Below are positions 1-12,559 of a stretch of DNA of 64,000 nucleotides, one piece after another (the first letter of the stretch is position 1; every line of letters starts with the position of its first letter). The notes beneath the pieces are model-generated. The model saw nothing but the letters and a program-made list of their open reading frames with translations, was not told the origin of the DNA and made no database searches. The stretch is taken from positions 14,942,001-15,006,000 of the forward strand of contig NC_073378.1 of NCBI RefSeq assembly GCF_028641065.1, written 5' to 3'. The translations under genes and the position numbers were made by a program. The DNA comes from Leucoraja erinacea (Eukaryota).

Positions 1-387
1 TTGCCAGGACTAGAGGGACTGAGCTAGATCGGGTAGATGCAGAGTCCCTTGCCCAGAGTAGGTGTGGGCATGTTGAGCCGAAGGGCCCACACTGTATTGC
101 TCTATGACTATAATAAACGTAATCTAGGACAGTACAGCACATGAATAGGCCCTTCGGCCCACAATGTTTGCCCTAACACAATGTCAAGTTCAACTAATCT
201 CAACTGCCTGCACATGATCCATATTCCTTCATTCCCTGGTTATCCATGTGCCTTTCTAAAAGCTCTAAATGGCACCATCATATCTGCCTCCACCACCGGT
301 TTCGAAGCACCCACCACTTTCCGTATAGATAAGCCTGCCCCACACATATCCTCTAACTTTTGTCCCTCCCACCTAAGGACAGCCCAC

Positions 388-682
388 TTAGAAACATAGA
401 AACATAGAAATTAGGTGCAGGAGTAGGCCATTCGGCCCTTCGAGCCTGCACCGCCATTCAATATGATCATGGCTGATCATCCAACTCAGTATCCCATACC
501 TGCCTTCTCTCCATACCCCCTGATCCCTTTAGCCACAAGGGCCACATCTAACTCCCTCTTAAATATAGCCAATGAACTGGCCTCCACTACCTTCTGTGGC
601 AGAGAGTTCCAGAGATTCACCACTCTCTGTGTGAAAAAAGTTCTTCTCATCTCGGTTTTAAAGGATTTCCCCCTTATCCTTA
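388..682 (-). mobile_element. CR1/HER1-like LINE 3' fragment
   Basis: (AAACATAG)n tail complement plus ttcggcccttcgagcctgcaccgccattcaatatgatcatggctgatc 3'UTR shared with RT-bearing copies at 49-52 kb. Confidence 0.9.
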
Positions 683-996
683 ATGCCGCTCACGATGACA
701 GAGCTCTTTGTCAACTTGTACATCCGTATTACTCCGCACATGAACATAAGAAGCTGGAGCAGGTGTAGGCCACTCGGTGCCTCAAGCAAGATTACCCCAC
801 ACCTCATTCCTTTTTTGCTCTTTCACCATAGCCATAAATTCCTTGATCTTTCAAAAATCAATCAACTTCCTCTTTAAATGCTTCAGGGATCTAGGTTCCA
901 CATCCCTCTTGAGTAGGGAGTCTGGAGATTGATCAGCCTCTCTGCAAAATTCCACACTTTTTCAAAAATATGTTTTTGTTTGAAACCTCAGTTTTG

Positions 997-1302
997 GAAA
1001 CATAGAAACATAGAAAATAGGTGCAGGAGTAGGCCATTCGGCCCTTCGAGCCTGCACTGCCATTCAATATGATCATGGCTGATCATCCAACTCAGTATCC
1101 TGTACCTGCCTTCTCTCCATACCCCCTGATCCCATTATCCACAAGGGCCACATCTAACTCTCTCTTAAATATAGCCAATGAACTGGCCTCAACTACCTTC
1201 TGTGGGAGAGAGTTCCAGAGATTTACCACTCTCTGTGTGAAAAAAGGTTTCCTCATCTCGGTCCTAAAAGATTTCCCCCTTATCCTTAAACTGTGACCCC
1301 TT
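997..1302 (-). mobile_element. CR1/HER1-like LINE 3' fragment
   Basis: Near-identical to 388-682. Confidence 0.9.
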
Positions 1303-1920
1303 GTTTTTAATTACCTCATCTTGAAACCATGTCACCTTGATTGAGATTCTCCCACTGGTGGATACATCTCGATATCTATCCTTTCATGTCACTTCACTAT
1401 CCTATGTTTAAATGATATCACACAGCATTCTTCTAAACTCTATAGGACATACATCTCATTTCTTTAGTTGTTTGTCATAGAACGCTCACAATTCCAGGAA
1501 TTAGTTGAGTGAATTTGTTTTAGACTGTCTCCAATGCCAGAATATATTCTTAAGAAGACTGTGCTCCAGGGGTGACCTCACCATTATCCCACTTCCCTCG
1601 TTCTCTCAATTCTAACTCTTTTGGAATAAAGGCCAATATGCCTTTTGCCTTCCTGACCACATGCTGCGCAAGCCTGCTAACACTTTGTGATTTGTGATTC
1701 CAACACCTAGCTCCCTCTATACTTTGTGTGTCTGCGATCTTTGGATTCCTCAAACTGAGATGCATGACTTCATATTTTACCATTTGCCAAATTTTTGCCT
1801 GCTTACTTAACCTATCTATATCCATTTGCAGCACCCAAATATTGCAACATACCCTCTCACCTAGTTTGGCAAATTGTGACACCGTACATTTTGCCTCATT
1901 CTCCAAATGATTACTATAAA
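1303..1920 (-). mobile_element. Old degenerate CR1-like RT fragment
   Basis: ORF 1550..1930 retains DIDRLS..AKIWQM..KYEVMH and VVRKAKGILAFI. Confidence 0.7.
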
Positions 1921-2049
1921 CAATGGACACATGTGTTGATGCTTGAGATGCATCTCTAAATCATGACAAATATTTATTTATTCTGACTCTCTTCTATGTA
2001 ATAACTAATCTCCAATCAATGCTAACACACTCCCAATTCACAATACTAT

Positions 2050-2425
2050 GAGTAATTACCTTTAGAATGATTCCCCCTTTTATCCCTTTACTCTAACCCC
2101 ATCCCCTTGGACCTTTTCACCCACCTCCCTCCCTCCTGCTTTACATTTCACGCTTTAATTTGCTCCTTATACTGCACCCTTTTGTCCACATTTCACTTCT
2201 AACCTTTGTTACTATCTCTACCTATCTGCCAATCACCTCTGCTCACCGTATCGACCTATCACTTGCCAGTTTTTTGCCCCATTTCCACCTTTCTTTACCA
2301 GCTTTCTCAACTCTACTCCATCTGTTGGAAGAAGTGTCTTAACCCTAAACGTCGTCTGTCCATTTCCCTCCACAGATGCTGCCCGACCAGCTGAGTTCCT
2401 CCAGCACTGTATTTGCTCGTGTCTC
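2050..2425 (+). mobile_element. Penelope-derived non-autonomous element (degenerate hammerhead-like core at ~2325-2354)
   Basis: Pyrimidine-rich body then gaagaagtgtcttaaccctaaacgtc...gatgctgcccgaccagctgagttcctccagc. Confidence 0.65.
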
Positions 2426-3394
2426 AATTTTCCCCTCTATTTACTCAGCTGATTACATTCCTGAAGAACTTGAGCAAATTTGTCAAACTTGATTTACCTT
2501 TCATAAAACCGTGTTGCTTTGGTTTGATTATTTTAACCCTCTCTAAATGACTAGATATTTTCTTCTTAATTATAGATTTGAGCAGATCAGCTTTAACATC
2601 TGTTATTGGCAACACGCCTAAAGTTACCCACCTGTTTGTGTTCCTCTCTGCAGCAATGTAATCACATTTGCAATTTTCTAATCAGCTGATACATTCCTGA
2701 ATCACTGACCTTTGAAAAATGTCAACCAATGGCTCCCATTATCTCTGCTACCACAGCAGCCATCGGACCTGGCCTAGGTGCATGAGTTTATCCAAATTCT
2801 TGTCGTGTTTCAAAGTGATTTTTACAAATGTTGCTGTTTGGGACTAGCCCATCAGATATCTTTTGGGATGTTTGCAGTGTTCTTTACCATGAAGACTGAC
2901 TCAAAATATTTATTTGACCACCATTTTCTCGTATCCTTTTAGTAATCTCCATCTCTCTCTTGAATCACATCTACCCAGGCTGCCCTCTTCTACCTGCCCA
3001 GAGAAACCCTTTGGTTTGTTTTAATATTATTTGCCAGTTTCTCTTGTTATCAATTTTCTCCCTTTTAAATTTTTAGTCTCTCTCTGGTGGTAAACTAAGT
3101 CGATTATGGATTTTGACAAAGCCTTCAAATACTTCCACATGGTAGGCTGGTTGCTCTGTAAAGTTAGACTGTATGGGATCCTGGTAGAGCACGTAAATTA
3201 GGTACACAATTGATTTGATGGTGAGAAGCAGTGGGTGATGCTGGAAATGATTTTCCAGACTGCAGGCCTGTGACCAATGATGCCTGGACATGCGGGCTTT
3301 GAGTTATTGGGAGTGGTCGGATCGGCTGGGACTTTTTTCTGTGGAAAGTAGGAAACGAAGAGGTGACCTTAGTGATGTGTACGAGGTAACGACT

Positions 3395-3648
3395 GAGAAA
3401 CATAGAAACCTAGAAAATAGGTGCAGGAGTAGGCCATTCGGCCCTTCGAGCCTGCACCATCATTCAATATGATCATGGCTGATCATCCAACTCAGTATCC
3501 CATCCCTGCCTTCTCTCCATACCCCCGGATCCCTTTAGCCACAAGGGCCACATCTAACTCCCTCTTAAATATAGCCAATGAACTGGCCTCAACTACCTTC
3601 TGTGGCAGAGAATTCCACAGATTCACCACTCTCTGTGTAAAAAATGAT
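3395..3648 (-). mobile_element. CR1/HER1-like LINE 3' fragment
   Basis: Same 3'UTR and tail as 388-682. Confidence 0.9.
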
Positions 3649-4200
3649 TTTCAAAAAATGACTTTATACTGGTTCTTGTAAATTCACAGTACTCTTGCTC
3701 TCCCACTAACACCAGTTTCATCATTTGCAGTAACTCAAAAGAACCATTAGGCTGGCTTGTTGCGTCATCAGAGCTTTGGGGGGAAAAAAGTCATCTGGCA
3801 GCCATATGCAAATTCTGCTGTAAACCTAGTTATTTTTTTAATCTTCGTCACTTTTGGCATTCTCTGAAGCGACAATTACACTCCAAGCTGCAACCCCATC
3901 TGCACCATCTTCCCATCACTAGCCTTTCCACACGTGTGCCTGCCAGCAACTAATCTTTTTACATCCTTTTCATCCTACATACTGTTCCAATCAAATTTCC
4001 ATATTTTTTTTTAAAAAGGAGGCTATTTCAGCTCATCAATACTACACTGATTCGCAGATCAATTCAATTCCCAAAGTACTTTTCTCTGAATGTTATTCTC
4101 CATTTCCATCAATTCCCCGTATATTTTACTGCTCATAGACACATCATTAAATTCATACACTGTGTACTTTTGAGGAGGACACCAACTCATTGTTAAACTA

Positions 4201-4393
4201 TTGTGTTCAAGAAGGAACTGCAGATGCTGGAAGATCGAAGGTACACAAAAATGCTGGAGAAACTCAGCGGGTGCAGCAGCATCTATTGAGCGAAGGAAAT
4301 AGGCGAAGTTTCGGGCCGAAACGTCGCCTATTTCCTTCGCTCCATAGATGCTGCTGCACCCACTGAGTTTCTCCAGCATTTTTGTGTACCTTC
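4201..4393. mobile_element. Palindromic Penelope-derived mini-element with 14-bp TSD
   Basis: Near-perfect inverted repeat 4237-4393; direct repeat tcattgttaaacta at 4187-4200 and 4392-4405. Confidence 0.8.
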
Positions 4394-5314
4394 ATTGTTA
4401 AACTAAGCATGTGCCTTTCCCGAGTTTAGTGTGAATTGTGATATCAACATTGTGTGATTGATGGAAACTTGAATGAGGTATGTAGATGCTTGACCATGAA
4501 GAGGAATCTTCTCACATCACCACCAGGAACAAGTAATGCTCTGTACCTATTATTACTTGCCCTGTCTCAAATGCCATGTGATGCTTATCACCTAGCTATC
4601 TATTTGGCACGTTTTCTCTTTATTCCCCTCTCTTCTTAAACTTGTCCTCTGGTTCTTGATCCCCGTAGCTGGGTAAAAGACTACATTCACCCTTGGATTG
4701 TCATAGTGGTCGGCACAGACATGGCGAACCAGAGGATCTGTTTGTATGCTCTGTTCTTCTATCAATTTTTACTAACACCCCAGTGAAGTGTGAAGAACAT
4801 TTTACTCAGTTTTATGTAAACAGTTGCAATGATTACTGTGACTAATACTTGTAACTGTAAAATAATTGGATGATCTCAGCATCATGCCATCTCCAGACAC
4901 CCAAAATTGGCCTATTGGTTTGTAAATGTTGTTAGATTTGAGCCATTGTAGCATTTGACTAAAAGTAAATTAAAAAGTAATTACTAGTGGTTTAATTTAA
5001 GAGCTAACTCTAAGCTTGGAAAAACACGAGATTTACGGATTATTTTGTAAATTCTCAGCATTTTATGCAGCAATCTGTAGAAAGAGGAGTAATTGAAACA
5101 TTACACCTGTAGGGTTTATTGATTTTCAAGAATTAGTTTTATCTTGATTTGTCTTTTACTGGTTTAAATTGTATGGATCATATCTAATGTTTCACCCAAT
5201 GTTTCAAAATCATTCAGAGTGGGCAATACAATTGACAGAAGTACCTATGCTGCTTCCGATGCAGTGGAGTCTGAAAGGTCAATCATGAGTGTGTGAGAAA
5301 CCAATTGAAATACC

Positions 5315-5540
5315 AACCAAATGCTAAGTGCTAGAGGAGCTCAGTGGGGTTAGACAGCTTCTGGGGAGGGAATGGACAGACAATGTTTTGGGTCTGCGCC
5401 CTTCTTCAGAAGTCAGAAGAAGGGTCCCAACCTGAAACGTTATCTATGCATTCACTCAAGAGATGCTGCCTGAACCATTGAATTCCTCTAGCAGTTTTAT
5501 TTTGCTCATGATTTCAGCATGTGTTGTTCCTTCTGTGTCT
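5315..5540. mobile_element. Older palindromic Penelope-derived element
   Basis: cccttcttcaga...cagaagaagggtcccaacctgaaacgtt head-to-head arrangement with gatgctgcctga arm. Confidence 0.7.
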
Positions 5541-5762
5541 GAATGAAACACCAGTTTGGAATGAGGACTTAAGTTAAGTTGTTAAAACTTAGTCTTGCTT
5601 GTCATTACTTATCATTTAAAAAAAAAGATCTGCGTCATTACAAAATTAAACGTTAACAGTTAGAGAGTTCTTGTAACTTAAAACAACCTGTTCTCTTAAA
5701 TATATCATTTTAAAAAGCTACTTTACATGACACGTAATGGTTTATTGACTGGATATTTGCAG

Positions 5763-5894
5763 GCTTTACTGTCTGTTCACGACACAGTGGCTATGAAGAA
5801 TTATGATCCCGTATTACCTCCAATGCCAGATGATTTTGACGATGATGAAGATTCAGTGAAAATTATTCGACTTGTCAAAAACAAAGAGCCTCTG
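5763..5894 (+). CDS. MPP7: MPP7-like MAGUK exon (L27 C-term/linker/PDZ start): [44 protein letters not shown]
   Basis: ttgcAG|...|GTaaag; 132 nt, phase 0-0; translation closely matches recalled human MPP7 [44 protein letters not shown]. Confidence 0.95.
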
Positions 5895-7246
5895 GTAAAG
5901 TGACACATTTTAGATTATAACTTATCAATTCATTTGCACTTGCAAAACGGCCTGTATTATGCATCCATTCAAAATTGCTTACTTTTGTCATTAAAACAAC
6001 TCACAGCTGCCTTTCTTTATGCGATTACTTATGGCATTAATTATTTATTAATGTGAGGGGTACAATCTCTCTTTGAACCACAGTGTTCTTGTGCATGTGT
6101 GCAAAATCTTAGCTGGGGTAAAATTGGATCAAACTTGAATAGTCAGATGCACGGTGAAATGCTTTCTAGCCTGTACTGAGAGTTAATCCTAACGATTAAC
6201 TCAGTAGAAAATGGCTGGTACAACAGTTAGATTACAATAGCTATTTTCAAGCCTTCTTAGGGCTGCCACTTGGATACAGGATGCCTATAAATCAGCCATC
6301 TGGGTTTGAAGCTCCTCAGTTCCCTGGCCAAATCTCATTCTTTAATACTTTTCATAAAATGTATTCTTTATGGTGAATCTGTTGGTCACCTTTCTAATAT
6401 TTGTTTTTGGCTCAGCATCAATTTTTATTTGATTTTGGATTTTTTGGCAATATTAGTAATGCAGTATAAATACACATTTATTTTAATACAAAATCAGTCA
6501 GTACTGGGAACTTTTAGTCCATTCCCTGGCATGACTGCTTCGAGTGTCTCTTGGACATGCCAGGGAAATGGACTAATTTCAGAAATTGATCCTAATTTCA
6601 GAAATTGTTGCAGTAAAATACTAATCATAAAGAGATTTGGTTGTTATTAGAGCATTCTATTCCAAAAAAAGCTATAATATACTTCTGTGTGTTTAGCAGT
6701 GAAAATGGATTAATGGATAATAAGTGTTAACGTGGGTCCAATAATTCTTGAGTACTGATCCTTCAATCAAAGTTTTGCTGTCAAGACTCCCTTTCCATGC
6801 AATAAGCTTGAGTCTCAGTGATTAACAACTTTAAAAAAAGTTATTTCTAAAATTCTATTCTTAATTTAAGTCAGATGCACTCAGCACTTTGTGTCGAACC
6901 TTGAAAATGTGCATTTGGCCTTACTGCATCACCCAATGAATTCAACACTAGACACTCACTTCATGAAGTGCCACCATATTATAGAGCTTGGTTCTTCAGT
7001 ATATAGTGTTTTCCTTTAATTTAACTGTGAAGAGAAAGTCACTATGCATGCTTAATGAAATTCAATTGTAATTATTGAAGATAATGTCTGTAATCAAAAA
7101 CAACTTTCCTTAAGGGGATTTTGTCTTAAATATTGTTTTGCAAATGACCACATGGAGCACGCTGATTAATTTTGGAAATTAGCGTTATATAATATTAACT
7201 TTGTCAAGAAGAATGCTTGTCACTTCTTTCCTTTCTGGATTATTAG

Positions 7247-7328
7247 GGAGCAACAATAAGAAGAGATGAACAAAGCGGTGCCATTGTTGTGGCAAGAATA
7301 ATGAGAGGAGGAGCTGCAGATAGAAGTG
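7247..7328 (+). CDS. MPP7: MPP7-like exon, PDZ: [27 protein letters not shown](G)
   Basis: attAG|...|GTacaa; 82 nt, phase 0-1; in frame with previous exon. Confidence 0.95.
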
Positions 7329-7443
7329 GTACAAATTTATTTCAAAGCATGTTCTCTGAAAGGTTTTGTAAAAGTGTAGGCTTTTAGAACTAACAAAATA
7401 AGTTGCAGTTTTTAATATTGCTGAAACATCTTTGTTGAAATAG

Positions 7444-7529
7444 GTCTAATCCATATTGGAGACGAACTGAGAGAAGTTAATGGAATCGCAGTTGAAGATA
7501 AAAGGCCTGAGGAAGTAATTCAGATATTG
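7444..7529 (+). CDS. MPP7: MPP7-like exon, PDZ: (G)[28 protein letters not shown]
   Basis: aatAG|...|GTatgt; 86 nt, phase 1-0; follows a 115-nt intron; PDZ GD-x-x-x-x-VNG motif. Confidence 0.95.
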
Positions 7530-8264
7530 GTATGTATTTCAGAGGGAACATTTGAATGTTTTAATCCCTGATTCAGTGAACTGATAAGCCTTATTCAATG
7601 TATATCTTTTGGCTTGACTTTATCTGTGTGATGATGCATCTGCCATTATTTAAGTCACATTCCTTGTGGAAATATCTGCATTTGCTTGGTATATTAAAAA
7701 CCTGCCCATAATAGGTTTAAATATAGGTTTATTATTGTCATGTGTACTGAGCTACAGTGCAAAGCTTTGTTTTGCAGACTATCCAATGAAATTAGATAAT
7801 ACATAAATACAATCAAACAAAACAAAAAAATATTTTGTACTATCAGCAAATTCTATAGTTTCCCCAAATCTGCCTTCCAGCCTATAAAGAAGCAAGTAAC
7901 AGAAATATTAACAAATTGCTTCTGCCCTTTGCACCAAACATCCGCTTGATCTGAGAGAAAACAGTGATATTTGGAGTGACAACCATCTTGTGGAAATGTC
8001 TATCAGCTCTGTTAGTTGTCTGAGTTAGCTGTCTCTTTGACACAGATAAGTGTTGAAAGGCAGAAATCAGAGTGGATTAACAACAAACTGCATTTCGTTG
8101 TCTCTGTACTGTACACTGACAATGACAATTAAAGTTGAATCTGAATCTGAACTATAAGATGTATCAAAGGCAAGGCTTTAATAAAGCAATTAACCTAGCA
8201 TGTGCATTTGGTTTGAATTCTAGTTTCATTTATCATGCAACATACTTGCTTGAACATTTGGACA

Positions 8265-8876
8265 TTCATGTGTTTTTCACTATTTATAAAATAATATGGT
8301 TGCTTGTCACTGATAGCGAACTGTCTGGATGTTGGGCTTCCTGCTTTCAAGAGCCAAATCAAGGGGAATGTCTGGGGTTCAGCTGAGTGGGGCATTGAAA
8401 CTGATTCAGTAGCACGTTATGTAAAAGAAAATTCTCAGACACAACACTAGAAATTGAAAATCATAAATTTGCCCTTTAAAGATTTATTTGTAAAAGAAAA
8501 TTCTCATTTCCAATGTATCAACAGAACACTAGAATTGCTAAAAATCATAACTTTCTTTTATCATTGAATTAAAAGTGTCCTGGCAGCAGGTGTTGGGGGC
8601 GGGAAGGTTTCGAAGCGGGGGTTTTTGACTACTTGCATGAACATTTGCACATTTTTTTCATGTGTTTTTCACTATTTATAAAATAATATGGTTGCTTGTC
8701 ACTGATAGCGAACTGTCTGGATGTTGGGCTTCCTGCTTTCAAGAGCCAAATCAAGGGGAATGTCTGGGGTTCAGCTGAGTGGGGCATTGAAACTGATTCA
8801 GTAGCACGTTATGTAAAAGAAAATTCTCAGACACAACACTAGAAATTGAAAATCATAAATTTGCCCTTTAAAGATT
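8265..8876 (+). repeat. Local direct duplication, 220-bp unit (8265-8484 and 8657-8876)
   Basis: The two copies read identical by eye, offset 392 bp. Confidence 0.9.
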
Positions 8877-9460
8877 AGAATATGTATAAAAGTTAAAATT
8901 TTCAACTAGAATGTGAAAATAATGTTTAAAATATTAATAATATTCCATTTGAAAAATGTACCAACAGAAGTTGTTAATTCAAGCACGAAGCTTCAAAGAT
9001 TGCTAATTTTCCTAGTTATACTTCCTTCAGTATCTAATAATGAGAATAATTTGTATATATCAAACATTTTATTCATGTAATTCTGGAGAAAATACAGGAC
9101 GATATATTGAGGGGAACAAAGTCACCAACAGCAACCTCTGGCTCTCCATTTTGTATACTCCAGTTGTGAAGTGTCGTAATACAGTCATATTTGTTATTTC
9201 AATTGCAAAATCAAGGCAATTAAATCCAGAAAACACATGAGATAATAAAAAGTATGGAGTTTGTGTATTAGGGTTTATAACTTCTGGGTTACTTTCACAA
9301 ACCATTAATGGAAAATTATAACGAAGGGAACAAATGTGGTTAGATTAACTTTGATTCTCTAATGCTTTCTTAATATGGTTAATTACTTGTTTTGTTGCTG
9401 TAATTTCTTAATGAAGTCGAAAATTACTAATTAGTGTATGCATTTTACAATTTTGCCTAG

Positions 9461-9535
9461 GCTCAGTCACAAGGAGCAATAACTTTTAAAATAATTCCTG
9501 GAATTAAAGAGGAGTCCCCAACTAAAGAACGTAAG
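9461..9535 (+). CDS. MPP7: MPP7-like exon, PDZ end: [25 protein letters not shown]
   Basis: cctAG|...|GTaggc; 75 nt, phase 0-0. Confidence 0.95.
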
Positions 9536-9649
9536 GTAGGCATATTAACCAGAATGCAATAAATATGCAATATGCAATAAATGAAGAAAGGTTGCCTTGT
9601 GTGAAAATACACATGTGTATATTTATATATAGTAGCCCCCCACCGCCCG

Positions 9650-10090
9650 CCCCCCCCGGTCATGACTGTCCATGGGTGATGCATCCTAGTTTGCAGGTGA
9701 TGTGAGGTCAGATGCAAGCCTGGGCGATGTCATATGGAGGACAGGCTGTTGCCCATGCAGCACGTCCCCCCTCTCCACGTCGCTGATCGATCCAAAGGAA
9801 CAGCAGGGCCATTACAGTTTGGCACCAGCGCCGTTGCAGGAGCTGTCAGAGTGAGGTTATAGACAACGACGGATTACGTTAGGGGCACCGACTCCAGATT
9901 TTCTTGAGGTTTACTCCAGGAGACTTTTCCATGACTGGATATGTCCACAAGGCAGTGGAGGTTTTAAATCACAGTTTTCCCTCTCCTAGATGGACAACCT
10001 TCCCAGGCTGACGAGCCCCATCTGCCCGAGACTCATGGGGGCGGGGGTGTCTACCTCCCCGTGCAGGTCTACAGCACCTGCCCACTGTCC
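9650..10090 (-). mobile_element. Possible RTE-clade UTR-derived non-autonomous element
   Basis: GC-richer block; reverse strand gatggggctcgtcagcctgggaagg...catctaggagagggaaaact resembles recalled RTE 5'UTR sequence. Confidence 0.4.
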
Positions 10091-10879
10091 ATTTATAAAT
10101 AGAACATTATTTCATTTGCATGAATAGAATTTAAAAAATAAGATGTGTTTGCCTTATGTCACGATGATCTTCTAATACTCTGGTGTGCAGGGTAGCAGCC
10201 AGTTTAGAAAACCGATCATCGCCAATGTTCGTGATCATAAATGTAATAATATTTGAATATTTTTAAATGATTGACAAAAAATTGAGTTCAAGGTAGATAT
10301 TTTGTTCGGCTGCCCATTCCTTCCTTTCTAACCCCACCACTATCATTGCAGTCGACAGTTGCAATATGCAACATTATTCCTGATTTTAGTATAACCCATA
10401 AGATCGTCATGGATAAGAACAAATTGATACTGTGTGTATCAGGCAGAATTGGTGAATAGAGAAACAATTATAATATCTTTAATCTTTATCTTTTATTGCA
10501 ACTGGGGAAATTGAAGATAAGTCCATCTCAACTTGGTGAGAAACTGGGGTGGGAGTAAAGAACAAAAAATAAATATTAAGTGAGGTAACGGAACAATGTC
10601 TTGCAATTTGTCAAACTATTTTTATTATTTTGCAAGTGTGTAATATACAAAGTGAAAAGGTAAGGTGCTGTCTCTAAGTTGAGCTTTAGTATGCTGTGGG
10701 AAGCAGAGGAAAGAAAGGATTGAATAGGAGTACAAAGAGAAAAGAAAAGGCAATTTCTTGGAAACTCAGTTTCTCTGTTCAGGGTGCACGTCACTGTTAT
10801 ATCTAGAATTTCTGCTGGACCACAGATGATAGAAAGTGAAGAGATCGTGGGCTGCTGTTGCAACTGCTGCAACGGGAAA

Positions 10880-11185
10880 GTTGTTTCCGAATCTATTGAT
10901 AATATTTACAAGCTTTTGTACCTTCTTCCTGAAGGGAGGAGAGGGAATGACCAGGCCATAAATGGTACTTCATCATGTTGCCTGCTTCCCTGAGACTGTC
11001 TGAAGTGTAAATAGGGTCGGTGGGGGTGTGGGGCGGGAGGATGGTTTGAATGATGGACTGGGCTACATCCACCGGCTGAAATTTTTTGCGGTCTTGGGCA
11101 AAGCATTTTGCCAACCAGGTTGTGAAGCATCCCAACAGGATACTTTCTACAGTGCATCTGCAGAAGTGCCTACTGCCCTCTGCAG
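10880..11185 (-). mobile_element. Degenerate Rex1/Babar RT 3' fragment
   Basis: FCRCTVESILLGCFTTW and LLPSGRRYKSL motifs in ORFs 10893/10906. Confidence 0.8.
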
Positions 11186-12559
11186 GTGTACTGAGCAAGG
11201 AGAGGTTGTTCAGAAAGTGCAGCAGAGTATGGTGAAACTGATAGCTTTTTATTTTATGGCAAGACGGGATGGGAAGCTATTTTTAATAGTGGCTTCACAA
11301 TAATGGTGCGTGAATGGGTAAAATATAGCCTAAGAGAGTAGAAGATGACGACAAGGATATCCAAAATCTTATTCTGAGGCTGGGAGCAAGTCATTGTCAA
11401 GTATGACATGAAAAAATTGGAACATGCCCATCAGTACATTATGCTCTGGGTCTAGCCTTCTGCTGGGCCACCTCCATAAGAAACCAAGAAGAACCAAGAT
11501 GGTCTCCAAGCTCATTGGACTGCAGTGCCTTTGTGCGTTTCAGATTCTGCCTGAAGTGCTTTAACAATCAGTGAGGCTATGCTCCTGCACCAACTGCTCT
11601 TGGTTAAATTGAATGTTCATGAATGAGATGTAGAAATATTCAAAAATATTAAAGCTCTATAAAAAAAAGTCCTGACCCGAAACGTTGCCTACCCATGTTC
11701 TCCACAGATGCTGCCTGACCCACTGGGTTACACTAGCACTTTGTGTTTTACTCAGGATTCCAGCATCTGCAGCACCTTGTGTCTCCATTAAAATATTTTT
11801 TATATTAAATAGCTTAAAAAATAACTTTTTTACAAAAATATGTTTAAATTGATTGAATTAAATTAAAGCAAAATTAACTTTCACACCACTATGAGGTAAG
11901 ATCATTGACCTGAAACATGAATTTATTTTTCTGCAGATGTTGTCTGATTTGCTAAGTATCTCCAGCATTTTCTGTTTTTATTCCTAAGTATCACACTTCC
12001 AGTGATTTCAGTGGGTCTACGGGTCTATTCCAGGTTCAAGATTCAACAGTGTTTTATTGTCATATGTCCCGGACGGGATAATGAAATTCTTACTTGCTGC
12101 AGCACAACAGAATATGTGAATATGTAAACATAGTACATAATGGGAAAAACAAAGAAAAAGTTCAATAAATAACAAATACAATGGAAATACCTGGGGCTGG
12201 CTGTGCAGTCACATCTCTTACCATTAGGTGCTGGCCCATCTCCCTCATTACAACTATCTTCCCTCTCCACTCTTTCTTCAACTGACTGTGACAAAGACCC
12301 CGCATCTGGACTGAGCGTGACAATTCCACCCCTTCCTCACTGATACTGCTCACCCTGTTGAGTTCCTCCAGTAGTTATTTTTTTTGCTTCACATTTGTCA
12401 TTTCCATTTCTCGAATTGTTGTGTTGCTGAATACAGTAGAGCTGAGAATAATAATCATTTAAAAACCACTGTCAGGATGGTGATGTGGGCAGAGTAAAGA
12501 AAGAATTGCATTCTTAAATAAATATTTATGTTTCAGGTTAAAATAAGAAACCTTAATGT

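Noticed and set aside
388-3648. Recurrent near-identical ORFs MIMADHPTQYP... suggesting a small gene family or array
   Set aside because: Antisense translation of CR1 3' ends; dispersed LINE fragments, not genes or CRISPR repeats.
9531-9536. Alternative donor GTAAGG 5 nt upstream of the annotated donor
   Set aside because: Would frameshift the SH3 exon; the 9535 boundary matches the homologue.
9980-10090. HDV-like ribozyme at the 5' end of the RTE-like element
   Set aside because: Could not build the nested double pseudoknot by eye; needs a descriptor search.
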